Of a stretch of DNA of 64,000 bases, positions 21,641-33,222 are shown one piece after another. Origin of the DNA: Flaccisagitta enflata (Eukaryota). The stretch lies in NCBI GenBank assembly GCA_965153355.1, contig OZ231126.1, forward strand, positions 2,046,001 to 2,110,000. Reading direction: 5' to 3'. Position 1 is the first letter of the stretch. Each line of letters starts with the position of its first letter. The notes below the pieces were generated by a model. The model was given only the letters and a program-made list of their open reading frames with translations, was not told the origin of the DNA and did no database searches. Both the position numbers and the translations under genes were made by a program.

Positions 21641-22470
21641 TAACTACTTCGGGCCCTACAATCTAGTACTAAATTTGATCATGACAGTTTGTCTTTAAGA
21701 TTAATAAACACCTTGAATCCCCTCTCCGGGGAACTTGAACTTTTTATGATGGAAAGAGAACAGGGTCATCTTTCATATATATCAGTAAGAAATTCCGCGG
21801 TGAGGGGATTCAACCCCAACCATATAAATGTTTTTAAAAAAGCGCTCCAAAATTGGACAAACCGTAACTAACGTCACTTCAAATAAGTAGTAAGAACCAA
21901 TTTTTTTTTTTCTCTAGTTTGTTTGCCGTTCCTTCCTCTTTCATTTGGTACCTTAAAACCCGCAAAGCTCTTTCTAGTTTTTCTGCCAGAGGGAATTTAC
22001 TGAAACAAGTTTTGCTCCCAAAAATCCTCTTAAAAACCGCGGTTGATCAATTTTAATATCATATTACTATGAAAATAGACACTTTTTTCCTCGAGTAAGG
22101 GCTCATTCCTTCCTCAAATTACATACACTTTTGGAAATTAACAAAAAAAACGCAAAAAAATGATTTAGATTCACCCTCTTTCAAAACTTACGACATTTGT
22201 TAATTACAATGTGTTTTGTTACCTATTTTCTGGATAAAATAAAATCCTGTCAAAATCAAAATCTTTGCTGCAAATCATTCAGCTCCCATAGTGACAAGGG
22301 ATTTAGAAAAGACCTACAATCAATTTTAGTTTCTAGTATGATTAATTGAGGTAGTCTGGCTTGAATTTCAAAGACCTGGGTTACTTCTAAGTATGGTTTT
22401 CCCTTTCTGGTACAAGTCCGGATAATTTTGCACACCCTGCACCACGTAATCTGAGGTGAGATAAAAACCC

Positions 22471-22761
22471 GGGGTATACTTGGGTATTTGGGTATGCTCG
22501 AGTATTGCTCGGGTATTGCTTGGGTATTGCTCGGGTATTGCTTGGGTATTGCTAGGGTATTACTTGGGTATTGCTTGGGTATGCTCGGGTATGCCCGGGT
22601 ATTACTTTGGCATTGCTTTAGTATCGCTCAGGATTGCTCGGGTATTTGGGTATGCTCGGGTATTGCTTGGGTATTGCCTGGGTATTGCTCGGGTATTACT
22701 TGAGTATTGCTAGGGTATTTTTTTGGTATGCTCGGGTATGCTCGGGTATTGCTTGGGTATT
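22471..22761 (+). repeat. Minisatellite of ~10-11 nt (GGGTATTGCTC/T)
   Basis: Directly visible tandem array. Confidence 0.95.
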
Positions 22762-23218
22762 AATCTCACATTTTTCTATTAGAGATTACCAGGTGCCCTG
22801 TTATACAAAATTCCATTTAATTTGATAGGTCGCACTCTATACTTTTGAAAAGAATTATAATTTTCATTTTTTTATTCACCGTTATAAAAAAGTAACGGTG
22901 GCTCTAAATATTAAAATCTAATTTCTATATAAAACCATATAGTGTGACCAACCAAATGAAAGGAAATTTTGTATAGAATAACAATATGGAATCAAAAAAT
23001 GAGCCAATACAACTCATTAGAATCTGCATTACAAATAGGTTTTTTTTTTCTATTTTGAAGATTACTCAAAAAGCGCTCGGGGAATGATTTTATTTTTGCT
23101 AGTTACATGCTCTTACATCCCAATACTGCTCAAAAATGCGGAAAAACCCACAGTTATATGACTTTCCACTGAGAACTTTTTTAAAAGCACAGTGCATGGT
23201 AAAAACAACTGTGTCTAT

Positions 23219-23359
23219 AACAAGGCCGGATAAACGGCCACCAGTTGCGGACGGGTGGGCAGGGGCGTTTTCCCACTTTTCAACTCGAGCGTGACGGACG
23301 GACCAATGGACCGACGGACGGACAAAGCCTCTTATAGAGTTGCGTGTCCGCAACTAAAA
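23219..23359 (-). mobile_element. Helentron-associated/DINE-1-like short element (HINE); representative of 15 or more copies in the window
   Basis: On the minus strand: T-run, hairpin AGTTGCG-GACA-CGCAACT, (GTCC)n microsatellite, distal sub-terminal inverted repeat GTCCGCAACT, GGCC hairpin, TTGTT; no TSD. Other copies near 16125, 23840, 24170, 27295, 27850, 29737, 30385, 30598, 31598, 41040, 41896, 44062, 45000, 58727, 59400-59688 and 61402. Confidence 0.82.
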
Positions 23360-23454
23360 GAAAACTGAGAAAAGTTGATTTGGTAGATATTCAGTATTTT
23401 AAATCATGTATACAGTGAAACCAAAATCATTTTTTCAAATGCAAGCCGTCTCAC

Positions 23455-26400
23455 CTGTTGAGTCAGTTTGATTTCCTCCTCCTCCTCCGCCACCAGTTAT
23501 CAAATTCTGAACGCTATCTAAGAAGTGAGGAAAATCAGTCAACAACTAACGCTAACATTTCTTACTGCTTTACTAGCTATTTAAAGGAATAAGCAAAACA
23601 AAAAACAAAAAACAAAAAACAAAAAACAAAAAACAAAAAACAAAAAACAAAAAACAAAAAACAAAAAACAAAAAACAAAAAACAAAAAACAAAACGTAAA
23701 CAGAAGAGCTAAAAAGAAAACATAAGTTCCACTGAAAATGGACCAATATCTCCCTCACTCCGTAAGGGATCAAACTAATCTGCAGTTTCTGCACATTCTA
23801 AAATTAACCTTGGACATCATCACCGGCCAATGAAGGACAAACAAGACCGGATACACGGCTACCCCAGTCGCGTGCGGGTGGGCAGGGGCCGAAATTGAGG
23901 TCACCAGATCATTTGGGCAGGAGCAGCAAAGCCAAAAACCGCAAAAACCTTAAAAGAATAAAGTGGGACGGACAGACGGACGGACCGACAAAGCGGGGTG
24001 TAGAGTCGCGTAGCACGCGACTGATAAGATCTTTTTCACTTCTACATATTCAGCGCAAGCGGGGTGTAGAGTAGCTTAGCACGCGACTAGTTAATTTTTC
24101 ACAAAGCTGTAAAACAGTAAAAAAGTTCACGTCCAGAGATGCTATCTTAGAAGTTAGTCGTTTTTAACCGCATGCAATGCAACTCTCAGAACACCCCGCT
24201 TTGTTCCGTTCGTCGGTCCATCCGTCTGTCGGTGTGTCTTTTGGTCCGTTCGTCACACTTTAATTTTTGGGGTTTTTGAGGTCTTTGACCTCGCTGCTCC
24301 TGCCCAAATGATGGAGTAATCTCAAACATAGCCCCTGCCCCCCCCCCCCCCCGCACGCGACTAGGGTAGCTATGTCTCCGGCCTTGTTATGGACAAACCC
24401 GTTTACAATTTACGTATAAGTGCACTTTATCACAGGAGTAATCAATTGGACTGATTAGCTAGACTGAGGTAGTCTTAAAAGACGTTTTCTTTTTCCACGC
24501 TACTCCCTTAAGTGGTTCTGATAACTAAGATAAGAATACCTTTAACATTCTTTATTTCATCTTCTAGAACTTGAATTCGATCCCCAACTTTTTTCATCAG
24601 ATTTGAAAGGTCAACTTGAACTGGGTAGATGTCCTTCTTGGATGGGTTTGGCTTTGGGTGTGCAGTATCTGTACATTCGAAATATGGCTTGATTGTGTAT
24701 GACTATTCTCAGTGTTTTACATAACAAAGATACGAGTTTAAAATCATCAGTGGTAAATATAAAAGGACGTTCATCACGCCGTTCCATCTTTCTGACACCG
24801 CTGCGCTTGTTGTCGGTCACAATTTTCATGAAGTATGTGGGGAAAAAAGTGACAGAAAAAATCTACAAACAACAACAGGAAACATAGTCATCCTGTTCCT
24901 CTGTCATCGAAATTCACCTTGTATCGTCTTAGTGATTGTTTCCAATTTGGATTCCATTGATGTCTCCAGACGTTTGAGATGCTCGCTGATGCGATCGAGA
25001 ATATTCCCTTCGGCGGCGCGCAAAGCTGCTTCTGATATCCCAACAGATAATCTGTCACTATGAGCTAGTCACTGAATCACAAACTTTGAGCTGGAAATGA
25101 GGCCAGTAGAGCCCCATTCCACTGAAGCACGACTTCGTGCTTCAGTGGAATTGACTTTTGACCTCTTTTCATATTGCAATGAAACAAAAAGTCAATCCAG
25201 TTTTTTTTGATTGGTCACAACAATTCATTTCAGTGCAATTTGAATATTCTTTATTTCTCTCATTCAAATAAAGATAGTTTTCTTTTTTGTCATAGATTCT
25301 TGTCTTTGGAAAATTCTCCTAATTCTTTTTATTTTTTTAAGGTTTTGTTTTCATACCAAAAATTTTTTCCTATCACATGAATTTAAGTTTTTATGAAAAA
25401 AAAGAGTTTTCCCACTTGAAGTTTTTACTGTGATAGAAACTTGATAGATGTAAAACTATGTTTTACCCTTGATATTGATAGGACGGCTTCCCTCCGAAGG
25501 CAACATTTGTGTTTCAAAGGATATCAAAATACAAAAAATGTTTAAATAAAACTGCAAAAATAAGTGAATAAAGATAACTGAGATGGCTCAGATATAATAT
25601 TTAAAAGAAAAATTTGCATTGATTCAGCATAAGGACCAAGTTTAGCCAATATTACCAAAAAAATTACTTTGAATATTTGTACTTATTTTATTTTTGGTCA
25701 CTGACAGGGGGCTGGTTGAAATTCTAAATTTGCATAGGAAATGAAAAAATGAAAAAACAAAGAACATAGTTCTCTTCCCAAATCGATTACAGAGAGAACT
25801 ATGTTTTTCAAAATGCAAAATTTCCCTGTATTTAGCTTTCTTAGAATTTCAACCACAGAAAATGAAAAAAAGTGTAAGCAGAAAATCACTAAAAATCATC
25901 ATTTTCTTGCTTGTTTTAATGTGAAACGCATGGTTCAAATTGCATTTTAATTCAGAATATGATAAAAATGTATGCACCAAGTATCCTTAGAGACAATTTG
26001 TCCACTTAAAGCATTCCAGCTTCATTATTGTCCTGATAATGATGCAAAAAGTATTGTGAAACACTTCATTTTCCTTCATAAATTTTCTGTCATATTCTTT
26101 TTATTTAGTAAGTCTACTTAGATGAAGAGAAAAGGTAAGAGGTAAAATGAAAGGAGATGATTTCTTCAGATAAAAGTAAATGAAGAATACTTTCACTATC
26201 TAGGCTAAAATGAAAAAAATCAGTAATTACCAATTCCATTGAAGCTCAAATTGCAGAGAGCACTAGTTAGTCTTTATTCCACTGAAGCACGACGTCGTGC
26301 TTCAGTGGAAATGATCTAAACTTAGGCACAATTTTCGTGATTGAATGGTTGCCTGACCACCATCTTTAACTGCCAAGCTATCAAGTTTGTCTTGATTTTG

Positions 26401-26752
26401 AATTATTGTATGTTTAGGCTTTTCCAGAATTTTGAATCATCTGCCAGTTTGTTAGTCTAATGAAAATGTGTAGTCAAAATACTACCTTGGGAACAAACGC
26501 AAAGGACTAGCTAAGTTACTTACAAGGTCAGTCTCCTGTACCAATGGAGGATATCAAAATGTCCTATACATTGCAATACTGTATATTAATGAGTCGTTAA
26601 AACTCACCTTCACCATTGATGGATTCATTTTTCAAATGTCCATACAAAGGAGAATCGGCATTTTCGAGATGTTCCCCAACAACGAAAATCGCTGACAAAA
26701 CTACGACGAAGGCCAATCTTGAAACTACGACGAAGACCAATCTTGAAAACAT
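23455..26752 (-). CDS. Spliced orphan gene, N-terminal part: hydrophobic signal-like start and coiled-coil exons; 3' end not found
   Basis: Hand-built GT-AG exons with matching phases: 26752-26608 (MFSRLVFVVVSRLAFVVVLSAIFVVGEHLEN...), 26563-26524, 25051-24918 (ISEAALRAAEGNILDRISEHLKRLETSMESKLETITK), 24668-24540 (VDLSNLMKKVGDRIQVLEDEIKNVK), 23517-23455 (SVQNLITGGGGGGGNQTDST). Confidence 0.6.
25076..26341. mobile_element. Non-autonomous element with ATCAC termini, 3-bp TGA TSD (PIF/Harbinger-like by TSD) and sub-terminal ~35-bp palindromes
   Basis: TGA|ATCACAAA...TTCGTGAT|TGA; ATTCCACTGAAGCACGA-c(t/g)-TCGTGCTTCAGTGGAA near both ends (~25117, ~26276). Confidence 0.75.
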
Positions 26753-27020
26753 TCTCGCGATGAAAACGTTGATTTTCTCTATCGACTTTTATTTCTTGCT
26801 CTTGCAGATTTGCGGTTAGGGAGACCGATAACTCTACAGACGAGTTCTATCGCTTTGTTTTTGTTTTGAAGTAATGTCTAACGCGAGAATTTTCCCTCTT
26901 ACAGTTGTATCTAAGGACGACTTGATTGGACTAAATCACTGACAGCATTCATAATCATAATCCGTCGTGCGAAATGAATCGTCATGTGCAGTTAGTCGCG
27001 ATCTTTCTGGTTTTTTTTTC

Positions 27021-27067
<47 letters not shown>

Positions 27068-27108
27068 GCCTGTCTCTTTCGATCTGTCTCTGTCTCAGTG
27101 TGTGTGTG

Positions 27109-27171
<63 letters not shown>

Positions 27172-27294
27172 GCGTGTGCGTGTGCGTGTGCGTGTGCGCG
27201 CGCGCGCGTGTGTGTGTGTGTGTATGTGTGCGTGTGTGTGTGTGTACGTCTGTGCGTCTGTCTATCTGTCTGTGTCTGTGCTAAAAAAAAAAAG

Positions 27295-27725
27295 ACAAGG
27301 CCGGATACACGGCTACCCCATACGCGTGCGGGTGGGCAGGGGCTGTATTTGCGGTCACTGGATCATTTGGGTAGGAGTAGTGTGGCCAAAGACCACAAAA
27401 ACCCTAAACAAGGCCGGATACACGGCCATCAGTTGCGGACAGGTGGGCAGGGGCATCCCACCCCCATCAATACCCTGTGCCCCTCTCACATATACAAAAA
27501 AAAAACATCTAAAACGCTCATTTTCGCACTTTTCGACTCGTGTCCACAGACCGACCGACGAACCGACGGACCGACGGACCGACCGACGGACGGACAAAGT
27601 CTCTTATAGAGTTGCGTGTCCGCAACTAAAAAGTAAAGTGTGACGGACGGACCGACGGACCGACGGACCGAGGGACCGACGAACTGACAAAGCGGGGTGT
27701 AGAGTCGCGTAGCACGCGACTAAAA
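27295..27725 (-). mobile_element. HINE inserted inside a HINE of another subfamily
   Basis: Outer AGTCGCG-type copy is split at an A-run by a complete AGTTGCG-type copy (~27407-27630). Confidence 0.8.
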
Positions 27726-28205
27726 TCAAATACAACTCACGTTTATTCGTTTATTCGTTAATTCGTTTATTCGTATATTTCGTATTTGTAGCCGGGACGA
27801 TGGACAGTGAATATTGAAGGAATATTCCATAATGATTTAATGCACTTTTTAGTTGCGGACACGCAACTCTATAAGAGGTTTTGTTGGTCCGTCCGTCGGT
27901 CCGTCCGTCGGTCCGCAATGATCGAGACGAAAAGTGGGAAAACGCGCCTTTCCGCCCCTGCCCACCCGTCTGCCACTGATGGCCGTGTATCCGACCTTGT
28001 TTGTAACTATATTGGTTGGTCCGTTGGTCTGTTCAAATCATTTATAGTTTGGAAATCCTTTGCAATACGGGCCACCAAAATCGCGTTGACATTCCGAGAT
28101 AGAAAGTGATTGGTTCTGTGTACAAAACAAATTTCTCATCGGATTTAAGATGTCCAATCCAATACAATCCACATCATTCTAGGTATACCAACAATATGAT
28201 AGAGC

Positions 28206-28319
<114 letters not shown>

Positions 28320-28730
28320 TTGCTGTTGTTGTTGTTGTTTTTAATGTACAATCCAATAAAGTCCGTACAGTTAATTCTTTTGTGGACGGGCGAAATTGAA
28401 AGAAAAGAAATTGAAAAGACAAAAAGACTTGATATTTGTTATTAGCGAAATTCCATTTCTGGCGGAACTGTTAAAGCGGGATTCACCAGTTTTTTCGTTT
28501 TTTTTTTCTTTCGTCATGAGTGACAGAGTTACGTCAATCGGCGGTTACTCGGAAAATCATCCAATTAATTGACTCAAATAAATCCTCTGGCGGGCTCTGC
28601 ATTTTATCAGGGAACATCTGATAATGGGAAAAAAGTCCTGAGCACAAAAATCGCTCACATCCGGAAAAAGATCAGTGGTAATTTCTTTTTTCAATATTCT
28701 GTTACATTTTTTTTTTTTTTTTTTTTGTAG

Positions 28731-29212
28731 ACGCTAGCGTTCGGCTGTGGTGATTTTATCTTACACGCAGTTGAATTTGATTTCAGAGCAAAATCTGAAT
28801 TGTTGAGGTCCACGGGTTTGTCTTTTTCAAGCTCTACATTGGGACTGATATTGCACTCGCATATCAACATTACTTGGATGATCATTGTGCTCATATGGGA
28901 CACAATAATGGTTCCATGATTTTCCCAGCAATTGAATGGAATCTATGGAAATCCCGACGTTGGTAATGATGGGGAATGGCTGGTGATAGTTGGTAATGGT
29001 TGGTGATGGTAGGTAATGATTGGTAATGGTTGTGCTTTTCACCTGCAAAATGGTCGTTAGCTTATATCAGTTGTAGCCAAGCAAATATCCCAATTGAACA
29101 AATTTGTGGATTTATTTCAGGAGCCTCATTCATTATAACCATGCAAGACCGATATCTGCTCCCTCTCTCGTTAGTTGACACTTATCTCCGTCTGTCTGTC
29201 TCTGTCTCTGTC

Positions 29213-29282
<70 letters not shown>

Positions 29283-31930
29283 GTCGGTATCGTCACCTGG
29301 CATTCTTTGGCTTAACTTCATTTTGGATCTGTCTCGGTGGATTTCTTCAAGTCATCGTCCTTCTTCGTTACTTCTGGTGCACTCACAAAACTGTCAAGTT
29401 AAAAGGCGTGTTTCTAGTTACGACCCAAAACACGGTTCTTCCCGTTGAACGCATTTTCAGCATAAACACCTATTCTAGAATTTCAACTGTCTCATGAGGG
29501 AGTGAGTGAAATGATTGAGCAAGCCTGCGAATAGAGCGTTACAAAGCAGAGCCCTGAGGAGCGAGTGAGCGGAATGAGTGGTGCGAGCGAACGAACATAA
29601 ACGAGGGACCGAGTGGCCCGATAAAAATGCGATCGTCTCTGATTAGAAACGCCCCCTAATTCTAGAATCCTCATAAATGACAGCATCTATCATTTTGCGC
29701 CAAGATTGCTGTGAATGCGGACCGAATGACCCGTCAACAAGTGACGCGGGGTCACAATATCGTTGCGGACGGATGGGCAGGGGCATCCAACCCCCATTCA
29801 CACCCCAACCCACCCCTAACACTCAAACATACACAAAAAGTATCGAAAACGCTCGTTTTCCCACTTTTCAACTCTATCACCATGACGGACCAACGGACGG
29901 ACGGACGGACGGACGGACAAAGCCTCTTATAGAGTTGCGTGTCCGCAACTAAAAACGCGATCGTCTGTGATTGGAAACGCGCCCTTAATGACTCGTGAAT
30001 GCCACCTGAAGTATAAAACACGCCTGCTTGGATCCTCTCCCGACGACGCTTCGTGTATTGTTGTTAGTCTGCGCGCCGTTTCTCATGGCTCCGGTCATTA
30101 CAAACCTTTTCGGCGCTTTTCTGATTATTCGAAATGACGCCAAGGACAAAGACAAACAGGACAAAGTCATCGGGTTGGAAATGGACATCTTTTTAGTGCT
30201 TGCTACTCTATGACTATGAGCCACTTTTCTGTCCGCCCGTCGGTCATAAAAAATCCTTTGGGTGTGTGTGTGGGGGGGGAAGGGTTCTCTGCCCCTGTGG
30301 TAGTCTATGTGCCCACCCACATGCGTTGTCTTAGTTTTCTGCATTCTTCAATCTCGACGTTTAAATTCACTGCGTCTGTTTTTCAGTTGTGGACACGCAA
30401 CTCTTTAAGAGGCTTTGTCCGTTCGTCCGTTGGTTCTTCGGCCCGCCAGTCCAACCCTTGGTCCATCACGCACAAGTTGAGAACGCAAAAACGCGCATTT
30501 ATGCAACTGTAGTGTGGGTGTGTGAGTGCGTGGCAGGAGTTGTTGAGGACCGTCCGCAACGGTATTGTGACCCCGCGTCACTTGTTTTTCTCTTTTCAGT
30601 TGCGGACACGCAACTCTATAAGAGACTTTGTCCGTCCGTTGGTCGGTCGGTCCGTAATGATCGAGTTGGAAAGTGTTTAAACGCGCTTTTCCGCCCCTGC
30701 CCACCCGTCCGCAACTGGTGGCCGTGTATCCGGCCTTGTTCCTTCCTTCCCCGATCCTTCAGTAGTTGACCAATGAACATACATCTAAATGATCACTGAT
30801 CAAGTGCAAATGTTTCTCTACTAAGCTTATTCATCTTAGATTGTATCTAATTTGTGCTATGCTCTCTTGTCATGATCAGTATCAATCACCTGGTGACTTC
30901 TTTGAAGATGGCAGAAATTGCGGGCGAATCCGTCCCTCAATTGGCAACTCAATGGGCTATCATTTTATCCCATGTCAACAGTCCTTCTTCAAGTGACTAC
31001 CATCACGGCGTCAGTTTTATTCAAGGGGCGTGTTTCTAGTGAACGCCAAAAACGCGTTTGTTCCCGTGAAACGCGATCACAGCGTGAACACATATTTAAG
31101 AATTTCAACCGTCCCACGAGGGAGTGAGCGAAGTGAGTGAGCGAGCCCGTGAACGGAGCAAGCGAGCGAAGCAAGCGTAGCGAAGCAGAGCGCTGCGGAG
31201 CGAGTGAGCGGAGTGAGCGGTGCGAGCGAATAAACGTAGCGAGCGACCGAGTGGCCCGTTCAGAACGCGATCGTCTCTGACTAGAAACGCCCCCTTATTC
31301 AAGGTGTGATATTCAATACCATCATGGCACAAGTTTTATTCGAGGTGTGATATACACTGATATACCGTGCCTCTCAGCTTTTGGAAACCAAATGAATATT
31401 TTGATGCGACTCAAATGACTTTTTTCCATGGCCGTAATTTTGCCTTAAACTTTTGGCCATAAATTGATTTGTACCATGTTACATGTACTTTTGAATCTGA
31501 GCAAGAAGGTTGTTAATGAAAATCATTGGAAATTGTAAAAATATTCCATTTCTTCATTGACACTCAATTGAAACGATATTCATTCTCTATTGTTTTAAGT
31601 CGCGTGCTACGCGACTCTACACCCCGCCATGTCGGTCCGTCGATCAGTCGGTTGGTCGGTTGGTTGGTCGGGCGGTTGGTGGGTCCGTCCCCTTTTTACT
31701 TTTTCGGCGTTTTTGAGCTTTTTAAGCATACAGCCCCTGCCAAGATGCCCTAGTGACCTTCTCCAGCACTGCTCCTGCCCACCCGCACGCGACTAGAGTA
31801 GCTTTGTATCCGGCCTTGTTTATTTCATTTAGGCACGTCAATCGCAACCTCGACAGCAACAATAATTCGATCTCTCATTGATTTTGTTGCTCTGCATCGA
31901 AGAGAAAAATTTGTATGCGACCAACATCCT
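28731..31930 (+). CDS. XK-related (Xkr/CED-8 family) multi-pass membrane protein, partial spliced model
   Basis: Mostly phase-consistent exons: 28731-28769, 28832-28962 (LYIGTDIALAYQHY), 29077-29169, 29284-~29380 (HLAFFGLTSFWICLGGFLQVIVLL), 30012-30173, 30880-~31009 (LKMAEIAGESVPQLATQWAII, resembling the XK ESAPQLxLQ motif), ~31378-31433, 31833-31930 (TSIATSTATIIRSLIDF). Start and 3' end unresolved. Confidence 0.65.
31024..31295. mobile_element. Unclassified MITE with AGGGGCG(TG)TTTCTAGT TIRs and a GAGC/GAGT-rich core; further copies at ~29403-29657, ~41332-41590 and a half copy at 58457-58603
   Basis: TIR pair and shared internal sequence in four places; apparent TATTCA duplication at this copy only. 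Confidence 0.78.
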
Positions 31931-32129
31931 GTAAGTCAACACTTATCAATTGTAAAGTTCATCAACCTCCTGTAAGTCAACACTGATCAGTGGTAAAGCT
32001 TACTTTACTTGAGGAGCTTAGTTTGTGTTGGCGTACAGTTTGTGGCGTCATTGCTTTAATGACATTAGGATCATGCCCTCAATCCGTAATTCATGTTTGT
32101 GTGTGGGTTGGGGGTTGGGATGGGTGCCT

Positions 32130-33075
32130 AACATTGTTCCTATCAACTGGAACCATCACCACCACCATGCTTTATTATTCATGTTCATTTCCCTGTCCTT
32201 ACAGCCTGCAGCTCCCCTCTTGCCCCTCACATTGTTCCTGTCGACTGGCATCATCACTCCCCCGACGCAGTTCTATTTCTCCTTCATTTCCATCTCCCTT
32301 TCTTTACAGCCTGCAGCTTCCCTTCTGCCCCTCACATTGTTCCTATCAATTGGAATCATAACAATCACCACGTAACTCCGCTTTATCATTCATGTTCATG
32401 TCCTTGTCCTTACAGCCTGCAGCTTCCCTTGAGCCCCTCACATTGTTCCTGTCCACTGGAATCACCACAGCCACAATGTCATTCCGTTTTTCCTTTATTT
32501 CAACCTCTCTGTCCTAACAGCCTGCAGCCTCAGCCTCAGTGGATTTAGCCCCCGTGCCTCCCACCTCTTTAACTCCATTTCCTTTATATCAAATTCTTTG
32601 AATATATTCTCTTTTAAGTCAAATACACCACTAAGCTTCTAATCAATAGTATCAGCGTTCATGTCATGATAACACAAAAACATGTAAGCATATATGATTA
32701 TTGCATGAAGCAGATGTTTTTGAGAACATTCATTTCATTGAAAGACACTTTTATTTGAACATGTAAATTAAGATTGATGATAAGAACCGCAATATGCAAA
32801 ATTCATTGTGGTGTGATATTGTCCCTAGAAAAGGAAACCAAATAAAAAAGTGTGTCAGTCCATCTCTCCCTTGGCCCTCTATGCATCAAATATGTTTAGC
32901 AAAAAATTCAATACACGCAGAGACACAGTCAGGACGCATCGTTGCCCGGTTGGGCTTGTTCCTTTATTTCCATCTCTCTGTCCTAACAGACTGCAGCTTC
33001 CCTTCTGCCTCTCACATTGTTTCTGTCTACTGGAATCATCACCGCCACGACGCAGTTTCGTTTTTCCTTTATTTC
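32130..33075 (+). repeat. Degenerate ~105-bp tandem repeat (about 5 units) interrupted by an insertion at ~32530-32960
   Basis: ACAGCCTGCAGC...CCCTCACATTGTTCCT core recurs at about 32201, 32306, 32412, 32517 (cut short) and 32986. Confidence 0.8.
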
Positions 33076-33222
33076 CGGTCCTGACATGTTTGAGTCTCGT
33101 TTGACAAACGCGTTTTGGATGTTCGATTTTGCTGCGTTTCTTTTCTCCGTCATTTTTTTCTGCATTCGGCGTCAAGATTCGTCGAGCTCAAAGGTAGGCA
33201 GTCAATATGGGGCATCATCTTA

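Larger units (their letters stand above)
17224..21658 (-). mobile_element. hAT DNA transposon, defective
   Basis: TIRs TAGGGCCCAAAGTAGTTAA / TTAACTACTTCGGGCCCTA, perfect 8-bp TSD CAATCTAG (17216-17223, 21659-21666), transposase remnants inside. Confidence 0.95.
16521..22801. mobile_element. Composite ACAGGG...CCCTGT insertion at a TA; includes a CAGGGTGTGCAAAATTATC-TIR element (16522-22439) and a minisatellite-bearing arm (22440-22801)
   Basis: Host sequence GTTAATCTA|TACAAAATTCC is split with TA duplicated. Inverted pair CAGGGTGTGCAAAATTATCTGGACTTG / CAAGTCCGGATAATTTTGCACACCCTG. Confidence 0.7.
16298..23194. mobile_element. CAC-terminal long-TIR transposon (Chapaev/CMC-like), copy 3, outer shell of a multi-level nest
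   Basis: CACTGTGCTTTTAAAA...TTTTAAAAGCACAGTG with perfect 4-bp TSD CATG (16294-16297, 23195-23198). Confidence 0.9.
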
